Source: Amphiscolops sp. MND2022 (lineage: Eukaryota). From it: 64,000 nt of DNA. Positions 1-13,334 of this stretch are shown here, piece by piece. The stretch lies in assembly GCA_964187785.1 (NCBI GenBank), contig OZ076409.1:58468001-58532000 (forward strand), written 5' to 3'. The translations under genes were made by a program, and so were the position numbers. The notes beneath the pieces are model-generated. The model did not search any database. It had not been told where the DNA came from and saw nothing but the letters and a program-made list of their open reading frames with translations. The number at the start of each line of letters is the position of its first letter. The first letter of the stretch is position 1.

Positions 1-28
1 CTAAAAACCAAATGTACATATAGTACAA

Positions 29-3000
29 TTAAGTGTCCTTAAAAGATGAACTAGAAGGCAATTCGCTATCCGATGGCCGTTTGACAGGAGAGTTCTTTGT
101 ACTGGAGGAAGGAAGGCTTTTCGAATTTTTGGTGCATCTCAGTCCCTTGAATCGCAACCTTCTAGTGTCTCTTTTCTTCCCCATCGATACAGGCTGTAAA
201 GCAGTCTGAATTTCTGCCCAGTTGAATAAATCCAAGCCGTCCCAGGGACAGTAGGTATCAATGAAAGCCGTGCCACCGAACGTAGGCTCAAAAGCGAGGA
301 AACCCTTGACTGATGAGGGAGTGGTAAGGGCTTCGATGCTGCGCCCAACATTTGTGAAGTAAGACTGGACGGGCAAAATTGAATCAACTAGCTGGCTTTT
401 GGGGTCATCGGTACGCACAGATCCAAATTTCACTGTAGGCATGGATGTATAATCCTGGTCCAAGCAGAGGCAACTGAGTCTAAATATCCGTGCCAAATGG
501 GGTCGCGATAATAGAGTAACATGGCCTGAAATGAAGCTCACCGCGTCAGTGACAATGACCCTGGGTTGATCAAGGTCAGGAAACTCTTTACGGAGCTCAT
601 CAAGGAACGACAGATATTCCTCGGTGCAGATTGACTCGTCGTCAGCTCGATAATATCCTCGCGAATGAAAACTGCGGAAGAGCTGTTTGAAGCAGTATAA
701 GGCCTGACTCAGGGGAGAACGGAAAATTATATCTAGATCAAAGGAACCCATACCTTTCACTATGTCCGAAGTTAATTGCAAGTTGCTCTGTGCGGCTTGG
801 AATAAATAGGCAACGTAACTGCGGCCCAACCGTCCAAATTCCTCTTTGCTGGCTTTTACTAACTTGGGCAAATTGGCTCTGCTGGCTTTCTTGTCGCTCA
901 GTTCCTTCTCAGCTTTTATTTTGCAGGCAGTATTGAGACGCTGCTCCAGTTTAGATCTAGCAATGAAATCGGTCACGGGTAAAGCCTTGGCATCTGAAAC
1001 TGACACACTGAGGATTCCAGTCAAATCGGTTTCTAATGGCAAACTCTTGGACTTGATACAGCGCCTACCAAGTTTAAACAAGTACTGGCAAAGTTGGCGA
1101 TAAATATGAAACCCATGGTCTCGCCGTTCAACCAGGTGTGGAACGAAACTGGTAGTATCTAAACAAACAAAGTATAATGTAAACATAGAACCATTTCATG
1201 AACTGACTAGTCATCAAGTCTTACTAACAATCTCTGACTAGACGATAAAACAACTCTAGCCGACAAATAACATCTCGTCCTGTATCATGGCCCGCTCCAA
1301 GTTTTGGGGCTAAAACGACAATTAATACCGTCAAAATGGGAAAGGTCGGACTTAAGGTCATCTCGACGGCAGGAACTTACTTGCTTGCGAACACCCATCA
1401 TTTCATGCGGAGGAGCATGCGTGTTCAAGTACTCGAGTACTTTAGGCCAATTGGCAAGGAGTTCTTGACACAGAGCAGGGAGTGTAGCAAGTTCAAGTTG
1501 ACAAGTGCGCACAGCCTGGAAAATTGGATTTATTGAGCCACATGAAAATTTTACTCCTAGGAATATATCTCTAAAGAAGGAATATAACCTTGGCGAGGAC
1601 AGGGGTCATTAGCGTCCAGTCGCAGTCCAAGCATCCACCCAAGAAGACGATGAGATACTTCAACACTGAGTGAAAGTCTATGCGCCCGAAAACACTAGCT
1701 CTCCCTGTGCATCAGTCGGGCTAGCGAGAAGTCCTCGGACCTGAGAGGGCGCTGGAGTCCATATTTGGAGTACGGGGAATTATCGACCAACTGTATAGTC
1801 TCGAGAGTACTTCCGGAGCAGCATACAAGATTTGGACTTGTAGACAGTGCAGCCATGACATGACTAATCAGGCTCAATTCTGCAGAGGACTGGCTTAAAA
1901 TTCTTCCAGTTTTCTTGAGGTAAACTCGGCACAGTTCGCCATTCATCCAGAAACGTATGAAGACAAGAAGGAACACCCCCTGCTTCACAAACTCCAAGGA
2001 ATACTCTCCCGAGGCAACCACATGCTCAGCAATGTCGCGTATGACTTGGAGGAAAAGGTGATGAAAGAGAGCCTGAAAGCAATACGAAAATTAGGAGATG
2101 CGTCAAGAGATACCCGCTCAACCCATGGAGACTCAAGGTCAATGGGACCAGAAAAGGTTACTTACCGACAAACGTTCTTTGCTCCAGTCGAAGTCAGTAA
2201 AATATGACTGGTGGTTCACTATGACGCCAACATCACGCCAGAAATTTCTGAGAGTACTGATGTCCCCGAAACTCCGGAGACAATTGCCGAGGACTGATAT
2301 CTGAATCCTAGCGCGATTATCGGACGAAGATGCCATGTAGTCCGTCCCTCGGATATAATCTTCATAAAAGGGCAACTTCTCTCCAATGTCAACCAACGGT
2401 TCATCAATGAAGTATTTCAACTCTTGCTCGAGCTCATAAGGCGTAAGTAGCTTTCCGTCTCTCCCTCGAACATGATGTCTGACTGTATTAGTGGCTGGAT
2501 CTTCAACTGAGAGATGCTCATATCTCCACCGTTGGTCTTTCCGGAGGTGTCGTTCCGATTGATGGTGGCGCAAAATTTCTCTAGCGCCTCTCCCGTAGAT
2601 CGAGATATTGCCCTTACAGATTTGACAATAAAATTTGTACGGGTTCCAGCGAGGGTCTACTGGGCCAGAAACAAAAGTTTTGGTCCACTCCATGCCCTTG
2701 AAGTAGGCCTCCTTCAATATTTTGCACCCTCTGGGCACTTGGTGTTTACTCGTCCCAACGTTTCGTGCAGGAGTTTTCCGTGCCTTTTTCAATTTGACAG
2801 GTTTAGTCCTTTCGGCAATGGCCTCTGCTTTCAGCCCAGGTATGGTTTGGGCACCGGGACTGTCCAGTTGGTTAGTTCCCTCTTGGGACCCTAGGTCGGT
2901 TCGACTGCATCCAGGTGGTCCTATTGGAGGGGGAGTAAACGGCTGACTTTCCAAATCAGAATGTTCATAGGAGTACCCGAGGCTGGAGAAATTATCGTCA

Positions 3001-4292
3001 CTCCTCAACGCTCCACTAGTATCACTTCCGTGGCCTGGCAGTAGGCCTGAACGTGAACCGACACTACTAGCTCTATTTCCTGGTCTTCGGGCCTTGGTAA
3101 CGGAATCAGGGGTTAGATGCGAGGCTCCAAGACTGAGCCTACTAGTTCGCTGAATCAAGTTCTCCATGGCTTTTAGTGAAGATCTGACGGCCTCATCCTC
3201 CACGGTTTTCAGAATACCACACACTTGGCCCTCATTTAGAGCTAAAGTCTGAGGACCTGCAGGTAACTGCACTGGACTGGCAGTTTCAAAGAACTCCTTT
3301 ATTAGTGCACGACTGCTGGCACCCAATTGCGGCTCTCGGGGAGCTGTTTCAGGGAAATCTACAGAAGTATTGCTGGCGGTATCGAAGACTCTGAACACAT
3401 TCGTACTCGCTGGAGCGCACAAGGCTTGAGCAACAGTTGACCCGACTGCCCCTTCTGAGTCTTGGCCAGTGCTACTGGCAATCCTAGCAGGGGTTCCTTG
3501 TTTGCCTCTGCGTTCGAAATCGGAAGTTTGGAGGTCATCTGTGAACTCACCTTTACTCTCAGAAACCGACGGACGCCCAGTCTCTTGTGCGGCATTAAAC
3601 TCTCCTCGTGTCTCCTTGATGCTGAGACTCAGGGTTTTTGCTTCAGGCGGACCGTACCTGGACCGTAGTTTGCTCTTCAGCGGTACTTCTGGGGAATCCA
3701 GGAAAGCAACTGTAGGAAAGGGATCAGTATCCATGTCTTCTAAGTCTCCTACGCCCTGCTGGGGAGCCAATTCCATTGCTGCACTTTCACTGAACTTTTC
3801 AGAAGTGCCGTCGGATCGACCATGGGTCCCCGCCTCTGAAGAATAGCCCAATTGTCGCCACTTCCTGGCAATATACTCGCCACAGCTCTCATCGGTACTG
3901 CTACTTTCAGCTCGTAAAGTACCCGTCATAAAAAGAGGAGTAGTACTGGCTTCAGACGAGGTTTTAGAAGGCCCTCCAAAGTCTTGTTGGGAATTGTTTT
4001 GAGACAAGTTCTCATCTGGCAGATTCTCCACCGTAGCCTCAGTTTCTGGATTATCGTGGGAAGTCCCAACTGCTTCTACATGCACAGTGGACCCAGAATC
4101 TCCTACGCCGGGACCGCGGATTGAGGCATCCACAGTAGGCTGATTCTCAGTAGTTGCTATTGCAGTCAGAAATGAATCGTTACTGTCCATCTTTTCATCA
4201 TCAGCACCACGCCGGGGAGGTTGGCCATTTGATTCATTGCCTAAACGGAATGAGATAAATAAACGCGGTTCACTTCCTGAATATGAATCCAT
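29..4292 (-). pseudogene. Five-exon Zn-finger/hAT-transposase-like gene, antisense in element C, with two frameshifts
   Basis: Exons 4292-2166, 2072-1589, 1515-1381, 1309-1229, 1158-29; GT-AG introns of 93/73/71/70 nt. Exon 2 is 484 nt vs 486 and exon 4 is 81 vs 82 in the intact D copy, matching frameshifts near 1697 and 1260. Zn finger FYCQICKGNISIYGRGAREILRHHQSERH. Confidence 0.85.
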
Positions 4293-4395
4293 CTTATCGC
4301 TTCAAATCAAATTCTTCCGAAAGTTCATTCGACACGATGTTCATGCTGACAGCAAAACGTTTCACGGTGGGGGAAGTACTTTAGTTAAAATTACG

Positions 4396-4409
4396 AGCCC
4401 TGATCAAGC
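4396..4409 (-). promoter_or_regulatory. Conserved 14-bp motif GCTTGATCAGGGCT ~100 nt upstream of the antisense gene ATG
   Basis: Identical motif at 56032-56045 (+) in D at nearly the same distance from the ATG (104 vs 102 nt), in otherwise poorly alignable DNA. Confidence 0.55.
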
Positions 4410-5090
4410 CTAGTTTTAACAGAATGAAAGAACCAACCTGTTGTTGAATCCATAGTCGTTTAACAGAATTGATCCGACCCGGAAGTTGGAAATGGCTGTT
4501 GAACTGATGAGCAGATTCTGCAATTGTGTCCAAAGTATTGCTTTGGATAATGTATCAGCTAAATGGTGTTGAGATTGCCTGAATAGACTGTAGGTCTGTA
4601 AGCTGTGTGTAACGCTAGACTTTCGGAATACCCAATAGGTAACGAAGCTGAATGAAAAGTTAGGAATTTGAATTATAACGACGGTCAATTGATGAATATG
4701 GTAGATGGAATGGAAAGACGAAAATAACAACTTTATCAAGATGTAACTCAAGGTCAGAGAGACTAGTCTGATCACAAAGTAATGCAGTCTAGCTCAAGTG
4801 AAACTACTCGAGAAAACAAATGATGAAGGAAATACTCTCTAAAGCAAAGTTCAAAGTTGTGGACGTAACGTCAGCCTGACGGCAGTGTATTACTAGTTCA
4901 CAATCAAGTAATATTCGACCAGTACTTATGCATTGGACGATGAGTCATCCTGACTGCAAGGCTTTAATTGTTACCAAATGTACTTTTATTCTACTTCCCA
5001 TACTCTTTATAACCGTACTGACTAATTATTAATTCGTACTGTCAAGTTAACGCCACAACTTAGTCTTTTTTTACTCTACTTTGTTCATTC

Positions 5091-5096
5091 TTATTA

Positions 5097-5143
<47 letters not shown>

Positions 5144-5188
5144 ATTGTTACTATTATTATTAGTATTATTATGATTGTTGTTATTATT
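5091..5188. repeat. (ATT)n microsatellite with a degenerate tail
   Basis: Run of TTA/ATT units visible directly; it produces the spurious poly-Ile ORF 5081-5272. Confidence 0.95.
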
Positions 5189-5815
5189 ACCAACTGGACG
5201 TCGTGGCTACATATAAAACGTTCTCTTGTTACCATCTCCTCATCTGCACGAATTAGATTTCCTCATTACTAATCCATGATATGGAACCTGCCAGTGAAAT
5301 ATTCATGGTCTTCCCTGTCATTTTATTTAATTATTCTTCCCTAAAATCGCATCAGATTAATTATTTCATTTCATGCTCAGAAAAATTTTCAACATATTTC
5401 TTCATTCAGATGAGCATCACCTGATTGGCTGTCATCATCATTGCCGTCGCACGGACCGACGGTCTTTCAAGTTGATTGTTGACAGAGAATCAAGAGACAC
5501 AACACTTAAATTGTTAAGTAACTCCTTTGAAGGAGTAAGCAAACTCCCTTCAAGTGGCAATTAAAATTTTGATATGATAACAACAGAATAGGCTTTGGCA
5601 ATCCCAATGAAGGCGCGAAACCTAAATAAGGAAGTTTCAGAAAACTATAGCGGGAATAGTTTCCTACTATTATCCCCGCCGAATCCGAAACCTGACCTAA
5701 GGTCACTCGGACGGCAAAAATTCATTCAACGCCCTAACAACTTTGAAATCAGTTTATTATCTCTGAATCGCTCAAAATTGCAAGAAAACTATTTCTATCG
5801 CGTTATACTAAGGAA

Positions 5816-6643
5816 ATGTCTTTGCAGTTTAACGCTGAAGGCATCAATGGACCATTAATGAGTCTCTCTTATCGTTCCTCTGATGAAGACCTGGAAGTAG
5901 ACTCAATTTACTCAGCACATGACACGGCCCCTCAGGATAGTGATGACGACGACATTCAGGTGATCGCCTGCTACTCTGAAAACCGGGAATTTCCGCCACA
6001 ATTGGCAGCGGGCAGAGCCATGACTTCGGACTTATCTGCCTGTCTTGGTTATTTAAGCCTGCCGGAAACAACGGAGACCGCCACAGAAAGTCACTTTACA
6101 GAACCATCAGCAGACTTAATAGAATGGTTCGTCGGAAGCCCACCATCGACCTACTCCGGATTGCAGCCGCAACAGCATCCCATAGCGCGATGCAGTCAGA
6201 TTGACCCAGTGTCATACTCACCAATGTCGCCGCCACTGGTCGACCAATTTCCCAACTACGCACCGAGAGACAACGAATGTGAGGCCCAAGCGGAACCGCA
6301 ATGGGCTAGGATCCAACACATTACTGGCCTGGGCATCAGTGCTAGCGGACTATGCGGACAACCTAATGACGTGCTCTACAGTGGTTGCGTTGTCTGCGGG
6401 AAATCATTTCAGGCGATAAAAGAAGAAGTGACACTTGGTTATTTAGAGAGCACCCACCTTCCGGGCGAAACGTATGATCAGCGACAATCACGACGACGAG
6501 CTTTCGAAGCTGGAATGAAAGCCGGATCTTTCATTGTCATCCCCCGGGGAGTGTCGGAGGCGGCCGCCTGCGACGGAATATTGTACCGAGTGGGGCCCGA
6601 AGACGACAATACTAACCCCGGACCAGGAATCTTACCTATTTGA
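5816..6643 (+). CDS. Element C accessory protein, 275 aa, acidic N-terminus plus CxxC, function unknown
   Basis: Homologous to 54301-55083 (-): MSLQFN/MSKFN, CVVCGKSFQAIKEE/CMVCGRAVDEIKEE, RRRAFEAGMKAGS/RREAYVNGLNAGS, AAACDG in both, C-terminal PGILPI/PGTLPIY. Confidence 0.85.
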   Translation: MSLQFNAEGINGPLMSLSYRSSDEDLEVDSIYSAHDTAPQDSDDDDIQVIACYSENREFPPQLAAGRAMTSDLSACLGYLSLPETTETATESHFTEPSADLIEWFVGSPPSTYSGLQPQQHPIARCSQIDPVSYSPMSPPLVDQFPNYAPRDNECEAQAEPQWARIQHITGLGISASGLCGQPNDVLYSGCVVCGKSFQAIKEEVTLGYLESTHLPGETYDQRQSRRRAFEAGMKAGSFIVIPRGVSEAAACDGILYRVGPEDDNTNPGPGILPI

Positions 6644-6871
6644 GAAGAAACACCCCAATACTCTTACTATTTAGTAAAAACAATAACTCCATGCAATTTA
6701 GTTTAAATGTTCACTATTGATAATCCTTACAGGTACACCAGAAGTGCTACGTTTGTGACTCAAGGTCATTTTGACGGCATTTTTAATTATATTGTGTTAC
6801 CGTCTTATGTAAATTAGTTGATACATTACATTAATAATAAGAGTGTGAACTAGTACCAAAAGGTGCGGAAA

Positions 6872-8047
6872 TGCAGTGTATTTTAATAATTTGATTGACG
6901 TTGATAATAGTAGTAGAAGGCAAGACAACTATGCAACTGAAAGGAAACGCGTTCAACTGGTGCGCTGCTGCCGTCTAGTTGACGCGTAGTCACTTCACTT
7001 TTAACCAATCACGGCGCTACACTTAGTTATGTTTCAATGCCGTCATGCGGACGTTAGGTCCAATTTGTTAAAGGCATGTAGTAATAAATCTGTAGTTGCA
7101 TGAAAGTTACCGCTTACATTTGCCAATTAATAACTCACGTGTTGTTCCTATTTATAGAACCTATGACGTGTGGTCACATGTAATCTCAGTTGCTATGTTT
7201 AGAATTATGATGTAATAGTGATGTCATTACTATTTTTACCCTATGACACCCTAAATATTGAGTGTCATGCGGGTAGGAGTATATATACGGAAGTTCAGTT
7301 GCAATTGATTCATTCATTTGATATACCGCAATCTCAATACAAACAATTCTGTCACAACTCTCCAATTTGACAATCTACTATTGAACAAAATTCCTTTTGA
7401 TATGCCTTCAACTAGAAAGCAAAAGGCGAAAGAGAAACGCTCACGACAATCTGACGTAATGTCAGATATTGAAAACTTAGATGTGATGTTAGGAAATTAC
7501 GCTAACAGTGATTCTAGAGGCCAAGATACCGTAGATCAATTAGAAATTGACCCTGAGTCAAGTAGACGGCAACAAGGTTTTGGCCAAGAAGATAGCAACT
7601 ATAGGTATCTTTTGAATACTAACTTGAGTGAGAATAGTGAAATCACAGCTGAAACTAACAGAGCAATTAGTTCGGAAATTTCCTCGCAAATGTCGAGGAA
7701 ATTGGAAGAGATGAAGTCTGATCTAAATTCTCATATTTTGGAAGTGATAAACTCAGCCATTGATGAAAAGATACTTCCTAGTATTGAAAATGTAATTGCG
7801 AACAAAAGAGAGACAAAAAATCCAACATGGGACCTTCGGTCAGATGGACGGCATCCAGATAGAAACATCCAAATGACTCAAAATTCAGACCTTGAGTCAG
7901 CTTGACGGCATAAAAGTAAATTTTGCCAACAGATCCAGGACTCAGGCGAGAACTTCCCTAAATTAATCGCAACTTCCAGTAACCAGAATAATCACTGTAG
8001 GGAGAATCCATTGGATTTCGAACAAAGTGATGATGACGGTTACGACA
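6872..8047 (+). repeat. 3' LTR of element C (left boundary approximate)
   Basis: Right end TTACGACA shared with D. Candidate start TG at 6872 after purine-rich AAAAGGTGCGGAAA. CCAAT at 7005-7009 and TATA-like GTATATATA at 7279 have equivalents in D. Partner LTR is not in the window. Confidence 0.65.
7402..8047 (+). pseudogene. LTR-encoded ORF start (MPSTRKQKAKEKRSRQ...), probable Gag N-terminus, with in-frame TGA at 7903-7905
   Basis: Homologous to 53199-52614 (-) and 46541-46068 (-). Beyond the TGA the same frame stays open to ...DDDGYD at the LTR end, matching ...NLNAYD in D. Confidence 0.7.
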
Positions 8048-8327
8048 GTTTGCAACTTTCTAAGCCGCGAAGTCTATCAAAAATTTGACAAAAATGCAAA
8101 ATATCATAAAAATTCGGAAACTTCTGGAACTTTTGTCCGATTCGGTGGCAATTTTAAGCTGTTTTCTTTCAAAAAAACTGCATTTATTTCTTCGAAATAA
8201 CCTCCTGGATAAGACATGTTTTCCTTGTTGAACGTTTCCAGCATTTTAAGCCACGAATTGCATTGAAAACTCGACAAAAATTGCGTTAAAATGTTAAAAA
8301 GAGAAAAGTTCTGCAATTTTTGTCATT

Positions 8328-8490
8328 TTTGGGTCATTCTGGGGTGATTTTGGTCATAGACAAAAATTTCAAAAATCTCTACAAATACATTTAGCATGAA
8401 ACTAAAATTCTGCTAGTTGAATTTTATGGGTGACACCCTTCAAATTGGATGTAAATTTGGAACATGGCAATTTTTTGAAAAAAAAACGCG
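8328..8490 (+). repeat. Diverged interspersed repeat, second copy at ~43883-44050
   Basis: Shared blocks in the same order: TTTGGGTCA, CAAAAATCTCT, TACAT, GAAACTAA, TATGGGTGA, AACATG.CAA.TTTT. Confidence 0.5.
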
Positions 8491-11414
8491 GGCGATGTAA
8501 ATATTTTCTTCTCCCTTTATGAAATATGGGTGGAAATGATAAACACCAAGAAACACAGCCGCGATCAGTCGGACCGTCGTGACCTTGAGCAAGGCATTCC
8601 GAAACATCAGCTTGCAGCCGACCACTGATTGAATACTTGGCGTTTCGTTTGATATCATATCGTATATACAGCTGGTTTGCAATTGTTGACTGTTTCGTGG
8701 GTTTAAGTGTCCACAGAGCTCAATAACAAATCAATTAATTAATTAGCTGTCTAACGGCTTATTGCATAAAATAATAGTTTTTTTCACTATGGGCTTTCTT
8801 TTGGATGTTTTTGTGGTTATGAGTTTCCACATACATCATCCTATTACATCAATAACAAAACAATTAGCTACTTAGCATACTTCTGTGGAAAAAGGCTCAT
8901 CAAAATTTTAAAACAATAAAATGAGCCAAAAAGTCAAATTTCGCAACTTTTTTTGAATATTTGCAAGTCCGTATGCGTTTGGCCTTCTTGAGCTTCAAAA
9001 AGTGGTTGTCCCTGAATGAGTTCGGGGTAGAAAATATCCCATGCGCAGCGGGTGTTTCGTCTTGTGTTGAAGGAACTAGGAAAATTTATCCTGGTGGTCC
9101 GTCGATGACTTTCGAAAAATGTGTGATCTTCACCGATGAGTGTGAAAGAGTTACAAAGCATCAAGCGCACAAAATTTTTTCACGGGATTGTGAATCAGTA
9201 CCTCCAAGTGCCTGGATTTAAACAAGACTGAAAATAGAATTACAAAATGTTTTGAATTAACATCAAAAATGCTTTTCATCCATGGAATCTTCAATTCACT
9301 GGTAACGCGACTGTTAACAACTTTTTTTACGAGAAATGTATCTAATGGCAAAATGGGAAAACTTCATGGAATAGTAATTGAGAAATTGTCGTCAATATTG
9401 TTAAAATCAATTGTCATAAATTTAAACTACCCTCGATTATGTCTTACTGCCACATCTTTCCGACTACACTCATTTCTAACGAGACAACGATCTGTGCCGA
9501 ATTTCCAATTATACAATCGCGCTTAGGCGAAAACTGTGTCGAAATCCGTTCTGAGGCTAATTGTGAAAAATTACATGTACTGTCTAATGGATGCCATTGC
9601 GATCGTAAATCACGAGAGCCAATCTCAGATGATAAAAGTGGGCAAAAGAAGCTGAAGCACTCAAAAGACTCTCTTTTCAAGAGTTCTTGATTACTTCGGA
9701 ACACCAAAAATCTCGAAAATCTTACATTTTGTAGCAAAGAGGCATTCATGATTTTTACGTCATAATACCTCGCCTTTAATTTCTACACAACAAAGAGTCT
9801 TGAAGTGATCATTTCGGTTCCGCACATTTGAAGAATAGTGATTGAAAAACCAATTGGTTATTTTAAAGGAGTATGTAAGCAAAAACAACAAAAAACTAGA
9901 CGGCGACGAATTGCGTTACTTGCATGTTGACGTTTCCTCAAATCTTTGATGTTTGTAAAAAGGTCGGCGCGGGAAAAAATGAAAAATTTCTCGTGGTCCA
10001 AAATTTTAACAACAGCTGTTTAGTTATAAATTTCCCCTCAGTTGATTTTCGAATTCTTTATAGAAGTCTTTCCCCTCGCTTTTACAACCTCACTGCAAGG
10101 CTTGTTTTGTGAGATGAAAGCAATTATTTCATTTCAAAGTCAAAGCTTCTCTCCCTGTTTTGTTCACTCTGAAAGTGACAGCTTCCTTTTTTACCATTTA
10201 TGGTCAGTCCAACAAACACCCAAGAATCTTACACAATTCTTGCATAATCTGAGCGTAGAGAACAGATCAACTAATAAAACGTATACACGGGCTTTGCTTG
10301 ATAGGAATATACCATTTTTTTCAGGGTAGCAAGTCAAGCGTGGTAAAACATGTAGTATATGGCCCATCTATCATTACAAGGCCGGCGTTTCAGGCTGGAA
10401 GATTGATGAAACCACGGACGCTGTTTTATAAAAAGGTACATTCGTTTGAGAGGTTGTCAGTGAAAATGACAGGAATAGGAGATACTAGAAGTGATTAGGA
10501 AATAGAATAACATATAATCTAAAAGCCGCTGGGGCGGAGTGATTATACGTGCTGAAGTCTTGTAAAATCTCAGGTCCAGTTTCAAAGTATCAAAAATTTT
10601 ATAGTTAAGCTGTTATTATAGTCAAAGTCTAGATAAGGCACCGTGAATTTTTTACCAGTTCTTGTAAGACTATTGTTGAAGCTGTACATCTTCGTTTGAA
10701 AGTTGGTTTATTACAAGGTTTTAGATTTCACAAAGACGAAAAGAATCTGCCTGCAAGCAATAGTTAATCTCAACCCCTGCAAAAAAGTGTCCAGAAGAAA
10801 AAAAAATCCAGAATTACAGCGGCAGCACACGTTTTTTGCCTCTTTCGTGGAAATTTCGTGACCTTCATCATCCATGACTCATTAACCGAAACTGCAAAAT
10901 TGAGATTTTTATGAATTAATCAAAGTTTCGAGAGATCACAACAAAGTTGTAAGAATTTGAGTTTGTGAAAAAAATTTTCCGAAAATAATTTCCCTGATTT
11001 TTACGTAGCTCTCTTTCGCACCCTTGGAGTGAAACTGCAAAAACGACATCCCAACAACAGTTTCAAAACGACGAGTTCTTCTTCAGGTTGAGATCAAAGC
11101 TCCGAGTCGGTTCTTTAGTCTGATGAAATGATTGAAGTGTATCAAAAATTTATTCAACAAGATACTTTTAGTGAGGAAGCGGAAACTTATTTCAACATCA
11201 TCATTCCACTTCATAATAGGGATGCCTGAAAAAGCCTTACGTCACGCTGAATTATTCAGCCAGTAGTGCTGTAGCCAGTACTCCTAAGACTGGTTCAAAT
11301 TGAAGAAAATGAAGTTTCAGTGAGCCGTGTTTTCATATTACAGTGCACTACTGAAAGCTCGTCAAAACTTGAAAATAAATTAGAAATCAATGTTTGCAAG
11401 CAAAAGTTCGAGTG

Positions 11415-11937
11415 AACAAGACGGGATCGTCTCAAGCCGGCGCCATAACTAAGGCTCAAAAATATTCAAGGAACAACTATTGGAAACATTTGAAAAAAAA
11501 TATATTTTTTCAAAAAAATATGTTTTTGGAATTTTTTAAAAGTATTTTTTTAAAAAAGTTGCACAATGCCGAAAAACTCAAAAAGAGGCCATTCAGGCTC
11601 ATTAAACGTTTTTACAAACTGAAAACTTCAAAAAAATGCAAGGGGGTACCCTTTGATAGAATCCGAAAATTTTAGAAAAAAAAGTCGCATAGTGCCGAAA
11701 AAAACCAAACGAAAAAAAAACCTTTCGTCTCGCATCTACTTTTGGAAGCATTAAAAAATTTGTGGTTTAGTGCGAGAATCGAACCCACGATCTCCTGCTT
11801 CTCAGAAAATTAGTTGAACAAATGAACAAAAGATTGTAAAAAAGTGGACCATTCAGAGTGAGATTGTCAGCTAAAAAAAACTACCCACTGTAATAGTCGG
11901 GCTTTTTTTCCTTAAGGGAAAAGGCGCCGACTAAAAA
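11415..11937 (-). mobile_element. Non-autonomous Helentron/DINE-1(HINE)-like repeat, copy 1
   Basis: Subterminal inverted repeat (AGCCGGCGCC ... GGCGCCGACT); one end reads TAGTCGG..CCGACTAAAAA as a stem-loop. Same ends as copies at 35.2, 47.3 and 48.0 kb. Confidence 0.65.
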
Positions 11938-13334
11938 CAGATAAGAACGGAGCAACGAAAACCGCCTTTTTCAATTCTGAAAGAAATCTCGGTATCAAAC
12001 AAATTTTCATTTGTTCCAAAAATTATTTCTCTTTTTCTTGGGTGAATGTCATACCATTTGTAGTAATTTTTAGGGAATTTTTGTTTCGAGAGGTCATTGT
12101 CCGAAAAACATGAATGCATTTTAAAATGCATTTTATGATGCTATCGCAACTTTCCAAGTATTTGACCCGTGTACAGACAAAAGCGCCCCAGTCAAAAGCG
12201 CCCATTTTACAGTCATAAGCGCCCCAATGCAACACGTCTTACTAATTTTTGAGTTGACTTCATAGCCTCCAATTAAGGGTGTTTAAAAACAAGATTAGTT
12301 CACTGGTAATGCCAGATTTGACATTTTCACGTCTTCCAAATCTCTCGATTTTGGACCAAAAGTGATTACCACGAATCTTTTTTCTAAATTCTCTCCCATG
12401 ACCTCAATCAAAGAGGTCCGGATCAAAACACATGTTGAGGAAGTTTTATTTCATCAAAATGGTTTTCTCAAAGTTCTATTCAAAAGCTCCAGGCAAAAAA
12501 TATCAACAAAGCGATCAAGTTGACAGATACAAATGTTTTTTTTTCGTAAATGTTCCAGAAAATTCAATAAGTCAATTTTAAGGCAATTTTAATTATAATG
12601 ACTAATATCCAACCACAAAAATATTCAACTATAAGACAGGCGGTGCATGCTTTTATGTGAACAGGTGGTCAGAGAAGAACAGAAACGTTTTGGTCAACAA
12701 TCGCCTGAATAAGACTTTACGAATGACACGCTTACAACTCCTGGTAGATTCAACTTCCATTTTTTTCCACAGGCGTGTAGGAAGATTTCCTTGTAGGTGA
12801 AATCGGTTCAAAATGTTCATTCACGTTCTATATCCGGAAAAAGAGGTCATTTTGCCCCTTAGAAATTTGTGACAATTTCTTCTACAAAAATTCGTGACAG
12901 CTCACTGATTTTGTGCCTGATGCGCTTTGGAGAGAGTAAAGTCCCGTATTTGTTCAAATGATTCTCGAACTTTCGCAAACATTGGACTGGAACTTTCTAC
13001 CTTAGTCTATGTGAATGACAGACACCCTGATGTCAAACTTGAAATAATTGGCGTATTTGGCAAATCTAAAATCAAAAATTTCTCATGAGATAATTCAAAC
13101 CAATCTCCAATAAATTCTCCTGTTAACTTCCTTGTCTTCTTTCTGATTCGCAGAGAGAATACATGCCTTCAGAAACGTTGGTCAGCGGAAGAAACCAAAA
13201 ATAACATGAAAAGAAGCCAAAAAAATAGGTTTTATGTGAAAAATTCTGTATAATTTACAGATTTCTTCTTCATCTAGTGTATTTACCATTTCTTAGATGT
13301 CTTGTCTGATTTTGGGAATCTGCCAGGCTGCAAG

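Larger units (their letters stand above)
1..8047 (+). mobile_element. Element C: 3' part of a Ty3/Gypsy LTR retrotransposon with cargo genes (pol inferred to lie left of the window)
   Basis: Same ORF order, relative orientation and protein homology as element D (52614-64000), where the block abuts a Gypsy pol. Ends in ...TTACGACA (8047), as D does on its own strand at 52614. Confidence 0.8.

Noticed and set aside
5081..5272. Poly-Ile hydrophobic ORF
   Set aside because: Translation of the (ATT)n microsatellite.
11761..11805. tRNA-like GGTTCGATTC (B-box/T-loop) on the minus strand
   Set aside because: Only a 3'-half-like fragment inside an interspersed repeat; no cloverleaf can be built.
12178..12230. 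Three spaced AAGCGCCC repeats, superficially array-like
   Set aside because: Too short and irregular for CRISPR, no cas genes, eukaryotic context; probably a small repeat remnant.
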